From: Octopus vulgaris
Lineage: Eukaryota
Length of the DNA: 64,000 nucleotides
Assembly (NCBI GenBank): GCA_951406725.2
Contig: OX597817.1
Coordinates: 133,114,001 to 133,178,000, forward strand
Direction: 5' to 3'
Shown piece after piece: positions 57,621 to 64,000 of this stretch. The notes beneath the pieces are model-generated. The model worked only from the letters and a program-made list of their open reading frames with translations, was not told the origin of the DNA and did not search any database. The number at the start of each line of letters is the position of its first letter. Position 1 is the stretch's first letter. The translations under genes were made by a program, and so were the position numbers.

Positions 57621-58739
57621 TTTCTTCTAAATTTAAGACTTTGACACCCATAAGGAATCATGATAACGTAAAAGAAAATGCGAAACGATTCTTAATCAAA
57701 AATGAGAAATTCCGGAACGAAATCAGTGATCTGTTTTATAAGCTCGTCTCAGAAACAGAAAAACAAAACATTGCTTAAGAGAAAGTAAAAACCAGGAAAG
57801 CAATTAAAAGAAACCTCTTTAAGTGATTTCGATTTAATCCAGAGATGCCTTTTGGAATGCAAAGGAATAGTAATGTATAATGATTGGGATTTACTGAGAC
57901 GGTGGCTGACGAGAAAGAAATATAATAGAGCCATATTTAAACAACAATAAAATATAAAAACAGCTGGACAAACATTTGTGAAGCGTTGTGAAAAGAAAAA
58001 TATTATGGAGTGAAGTATTCAGAAATCAGAGAAGGAGAGAAAATGATTAGGTATTAGAGAGATGGCGGGAAGGAGAGAAGAGGGAAAAGAAGAGAGAACT
58101 GGCTGAGTGTATGTGCAGTGTGTTTGTATGTGTGTGTTTGTGTGGGCGTGCGTGTGTGGGCGTGTATGCGTATGTGTGTAACTATATGCTTGCAAATGTA
58201 AGGAAGAAGCGGAAAGAGAGAAATAATAACGCAGAGGCGAGAGAGAAGGAAAAGGCAGAGGAAATGGTAAAAACAGTATCGAAGAAAGAAAAGTAGGAGG
58301 TGAAGAAACGTGAGGTGTAGGAAAATGATTGTAATACAATTGAGGGTTCGAATTTGACACGTTGCCACGTTTTATCAGCCGCCACAAGATTAGTATTAAG
58401 CAGATATCTTGCAAATTATTTTGCTCATGAAATTCGGATGTTCGACGGGAGAGTAATCTTAACGATGGCCTGTTTTATCAGTTCTGACACCAGACGAACC
58501 GTTAACGCAATTAGAAATCTATCTGACAAAACCTGTCCCCGACCAGCCAGCCAGCCAACAAGCAAGCAGGCAAGTCAACCAACGAACCAACCGACAAACC
58601 AGAAAAACAACCGACCGGCCTACCAGAGCACCAACTCCTCATGATCTCTTTACCATGTCTATCTTCTCTCCCTTCGTCATAAACAGCAGCCATAATTTCT
58701 ATGACGAGTTTTTCTGTTATTTATCATTATTATTATTAC

Positions 58740-58800
<61 letters not shown>

Positions 58801-59664
58801 GTTGTTGTTGTTGTTGTTGTTGTTTCCCCTTTGACCTGAATATCAACATTAGAAGCATAAAAACACAACAATGAAATCCCAGGAAAACAACTCCAAAATA
58901 CAAAAGTTACTGGTTTCCAGCCAAATTTTTAGATTCAAAGAGTCGCCACGATCAGTTTCGACGTTGATGTGGCGACCCCTTGTGGCAACTGGGCAAATAT
59001 AATGAGATTTCTTGTTTCTATTAAAAAATGCCACTTGCTGGTAGCAGCGACACCGACATAGCTGTACACATGTACAAACCTTCACAGCACCCAGCCACAA
59101 TTATTTATTCAACCACATCACCACAATTGGATGTGGCAACATATTAACCGGTGCTACACAACGATTGTTGTCCCTGTAATATTTTCCACCGACGCCCGCA
59201 TGTAATACATCGTTACGTTGATTTTTTTTTTGTTTATTTTTGCGTTTATCATATTCACACTCTCTAAATATTTGTCTTAAAACATCTTCTCTTCCTTTTT
59301 CTTCTTAATATATTTCTCGTTCGTTTATTTCTTCTTAACCTTACATCTATTTCCCTACAATTTTACTTGTTGATAATTTAAAACCTGTCATGTCTCTATA
59401 TTCTCTATATTATATAAATGATTCACACACCCCTCCACTTGCTCTCTGAATGATATCGTTTATCTAGTCGTTGTTTTTGCTGTTGTTGTTGTTTTTGTTG
59501 TCGTTGTTGTTCTTGCTGAGTGACAAACGCGGTGATTCTTTTTGTAAACTTTTATCACACAAACAACCACCACAAACACTATTACTCTATCTCCCTTCAC
59601 TCCACTAATACTACTGCGACCACAGCCGCCATTTTTGTTATATTCATATATATATATATATGTA

Positions 59665-59732
<68 letters not shown>

Positions 59733-60049
59733 CATACATACATACATATATATATATATATACAGATAGAAAGATACATACATACATATATATATACAGA
59801 TAGAAAGATACATATATATTTATATATATGTTTATATATATATATAATATACACACATACATACATAAATACACATATAAATATACACATCTATATGGAC
59901 ATATATATTTAAACAAATATATAAACTTATGCATACACAAATATATACACGTATATATATGTATATATATATATATAAGTACATACATGCATGCATCCAT
60001 ACATACATGCACATATATGTATGCATATCTGTATACATACACATGTATG

Positions 60050-60082
<33 letters not shown>

Positions 60083-61024
60083 ATAGACACACACACACAA
60101 ATATAGACAAACGCATGCGCACAAACTCACACACACACACATATATGCCCACCTGCCTCTTCCATACCTCTGCTATCCCACCTGCACCAGCGCCTGTACC
60201 AGCGCCAGTTCCTAACACCGTTGTCACAACCACTACAAGAATGTATCAACATTTACACAAATATCAAATTAACTCGCAGAAATTCTTCCAATTCCGGTAT
60301 TCATGAAAGCAACACATAACCACCTTTGTATTATTCTTGCGTAAAACAATTTTCCTTCGCCCATCCTCTGTCACTTGCTATCAGCTAAATACTTATTATG
60401 TATCGTATATTCGAAATGCCATCAAACATTAGGGCAAAGTTCAACTTGACTATTTCCATTATAATTTCTCTCATCCTCTAGATCTTATTTCATTGATAAT
60501 GTAGATCTTTTGTTTGACCTAAGCCCATTGATTTTACTCTATATTCTTCATCCGTTTTTGTTTTTGCGTTATATATACGGCATATTGCTAATTATGTCTT
60601 TCTGCTGATACCTGAGCCACAAGAAGGAAGAATGGGACCTGGCTATGACTCAATAAGCTGAAAGCGATTAAAGAGCAATGGAGTAATTAGCGAGATCGCT
60701 CATAAGCTGACACAAACCACACACACATATATATTAACACACACACACACACACATTTTAACACATCTTAACACATACACACATGCTTATTCCGAAATGC
60801 TTATGTATGTGTGTGTGTGTGTGTGTGTATGCGTGTGTGTATGTGTGTGTGACCGTACGCATACATTATACCAAAATTGGGAACCAAACTTCCTATGTTG
60901 TTCTATCAAATGCTTATTGTCATTAACACACTCGCACATACATCTATACATACATGAATATTTATCTATGCATATCCTTATATATATATACTTATATACA
61001 CACAGATAGATAGATAGATAGATT

Positions 61025-61148
<124 letters not shown>

Positions 61149-61373
61149 CTCACAAACCTGCATACACCCATCCAAACACACACACACACGCATACAAGAT
61201 AACATATACATCCGCATACTCATATATTATTCCCACTTCTATGAAACAAAGTTTATGGCCTTTCAACTGTTTTCAGTGTCTCCAAACATGGCCACAGAAC
61301 AACTAAATCTCCAGTGAAACACTACTGTCTTTCATAAAATGAGCACTATTGGAATGCATTATATATAATTGCT

Positions 61374-61495
61374 AAGGCAGCGAGCTGGCAGTGTCATTAG
61401 CACGCCAGGCAAAATGCTTAGCAGTATTTCGTCTATCTTTACCTGTTCTGAGTTCAAATTCGGCCGAAGTCAACTTTGCCTTTCATCCTTTTGGT
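61374..61495 (+). mobile_element. SINE family A 5' part
   Basis: Homology to 49849. Confidence 0.7.
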
Positions 61496-61875
61496 CTAGA
61501 TTAAATAAAAACTAAAGCAATAATGGAATGTATTAGTTTGATGCATGATAAAAAGTGGGGTTTTTTTGACGTGTCGAACATAGCTCTTCGCAGGAAAGGA
61601 AAACAGAAAAGAGAAAAATCCATAGAAGTGGGGGGAGGGAATCACCAACAGCACGTACAACACACACACACATGCATAGTTTCATGTTGAAGACATATTT
61701 CTAAACTATTTAATCCAGAGAATGTGAAGACACATTTGAACATTCTTTTATACGAACATTTAAAATTTTCTGCAGCATTTGATCTTGCACTGCAAATCTA
61801 CACAAATATCTGAGTATTGTTTCACTTCTTGAACAGTTAAGATATACGAGGACTGATCAATAATTATCCAGACTG

Positions 61876-61925
<50 letters not shown>

Positions 61926-62879
61926 CCGTCTGTCTGTCTGTCTGTTTGTCTGTGTCTGTGTCTGTGTAAACCGCTTAGCAAAGATTGACCTTGAACCCTG
62001 CTGTGCATGCGCAATGAGTTTTAACGCTCCCAAGATCTCCTTGGATGTGTCAAGAACGATGAAAACGTAGATTTTATGCAGATTCTCTGCTCAACTTTCT
62101 CTGTCATGCTCAATGCGACGGCCACACGCTACACAGTGGAAGGGAGCTACAGCGTTAAAAATTAGTGCGCATGCACAGCAGAATTTAAAGTTAATCTGTG
62201 CCAAGCGGCTTCACTCTGCCTCTTTTAGCTTCGTTATTATGGCAACAGTCGGGATGCTTATTTATGAGACCACGTATTTCTACAAAATTTGATCCAGTGA
62301 ATGTGAATAAATATTATATTCTAATATCCGTACATAGATATTTTCTGTACATAAATATTAAATCCTATTTTCCGTACATACGCCATGTTGAATTTCAGAT
62401 AATTCTCACGCTCTTTATTTCTCTTCTCTCTTTTGTACGACTTCACAAAATATAGGTTTTACGAGTAAAACGTAAAGGCAGGCAACTTTACAGAGGACTC
62501 AAAGTGCTTTGATTCCACGACGTTTTTGGAATAAGCGATGGGTGAACGTAGCAAAGATGGTAGGCGTAAATGACGAAACCACTTTAAGCATTATCCTGTA
62601 AATCCAAGAGAGAGCGTTTTGTTTTCTCTTGTGTAACTTTCCCTGCCTGAGGTTGCCGTGGGTTTTTTTCCATAGGCTTTTCTTTCCAAGAATAAACCTC
62701 TTTTACTTTTTTACACCCCACCTTTTTTTTTCATTTTGCTGTTTACACGTCACAAACGCTCTCGATTCCTTTTGATGGTTTTTTTTTTTCCTTTCGAAAA
62801 GAAAAGATCTACTTTGTATTGTCCCCTCTGTGTTCGGCCCTGCTTGACCCAAAAAGAAAGATATATAAATATAAAATCA

Positions 62880-63082
62880 GGTGTTGTTGTATGGCAAGAT
62901 GCTTGTTTCCCAAACACGCGGTTTTGAGTTCAGTCCCATTGCGCGGCACCTTGGGCAAGTGTCTTCTGCTATAGCCTCTAGTTGACCAAAGTCTTGTGAG
63001 CAGATTTGGTTGACGGAAACTGAAAGAAGACCGTCATATGTGTGTGTATGTGTGTGTGCGTGTGTGCGCATGTGTGTGTGTG

Positions 63083-63113
<31 letters not shown>

Positions 63114-63305
63114 TTGAGTGCGTGCGTCTGTCTCTGTGTTTGTATTTGACCACACCATCGCTTGACATCCGGTGATGGTGTGTCTACGTCCTCGTAGATG
63201 AGACGGATATAATAAGTGACAGGCTTAAAATGAAAAAGTAAATAATTACTGGGGTCGATTTAGACAACTAAAACTTCTTCAGGACGGTGCCTCAGCATGG
63301 TCGCA
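62880..63305 (+). mobile_element. SINE family B copy
   Basis: Homology to both arms. Confidence 0.75.
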
Positions 63306-63308
63306 AGT

Positions 63309-63699
63309 TATTTCTTTATTGTCAACAAGGAGCTAAACAACAATGGATTAAGTCAATTACATCGACCCCAGTGCGCAACTTGTACTAATTTAATCGACCC
63401 CAAAAGGATGAAAAGCAAAGTCTACCTCGGCGCTATTTGAACTCAGAACGTAGCGGCAGATGAAATACCTATTTCTTTACTACCCACAAGAGGCTAAACA
63501 CAAGGGGACAAACAAGGACAGACAAATGGATTAAGTCGGTTACATCGATCCCAGTGCGTAACTGGTACTTATTTAATTGACCCCGAAAAGATGAAAGGCA
63601 AAGTCGACCTCGGCGGAATTTGAACTCAGAACGTAGTCGCAGACGAAATACCGCCTAGTATTTCGCCCGGCGTGCTAACGATTCCGCCAGCTCGCCGCC
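63309..63699 (-). mobile_element. SINE family A: head + two tandem units
   Basis: Unit repeated at 63309-63468 and 63469-63660; junction gaaatacctatttc is identical to that at ~19750. Confidence 0.8.
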
Positions 63700-64000
63700 C
63701 TCTTGACTGAACCAAGTAAGAGGGAAAATATTAACCAATCATATGTAAGTTATCTTCCTGGATGGAGGTGACGTATGATCGAAAGCATTCCATTCGTGAC
63801 CGTCCCCTCGATTTTTTATGTACAATAAGCATGTTTTTCTTTGCTGGTAAAGTGTGATTTGACTAACATGTAGCTGCTATATCTCACAAGATAAGCGACT
63901 GCGTAGATACCTACCCCCACCTCATTAGATTCTCTCTCGTAAGTACTGTTTATTCTATATCAGGTACCAATAGCCTGGTATAGAATAAGAAGATAGATTG

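Overview
AT-rich, microsatellite-saturated eukaryotic DNA with no recognisable host protein-coding gene. Nearly all six-frame ORFs are translations of simple repeats, and the rest are decayed transposon proteins. The SINE complement and repeat style suggest an octopus (coleoid cephalopod) intergenic or intronic region; this is inference. Contents: several tRNA-derived SINE families, decayed Tc1/mariner elements (DD34D mariner, maT-like, a DD40D element nested in a mariner), piggyBac and hAT remnants, a Merlin-like long-TIR MITE, Helitron-type non-autonomous elements, CR1/L2 and RTE LINE fragments, and a cluster of R4/Dong-type LINEs in (TAA)n. The most notable signal is a family of small non-coding retroelements carrying minimal type I hammerhead ribozymes (CTGATGA-stem II-GAAA-CG-TT; 7 copies at 3 loci). 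They occur as inverted or tandem arms, two loci have a tRNA-like Pol III head, and two have ~12-bp target-site duplications. Several unrelated degenerate hammerhead motifs also occur, pointing to a Penelope-like/retrozyme-type system. All analysis was by eye; boundaries of degenerate elements are approximate.
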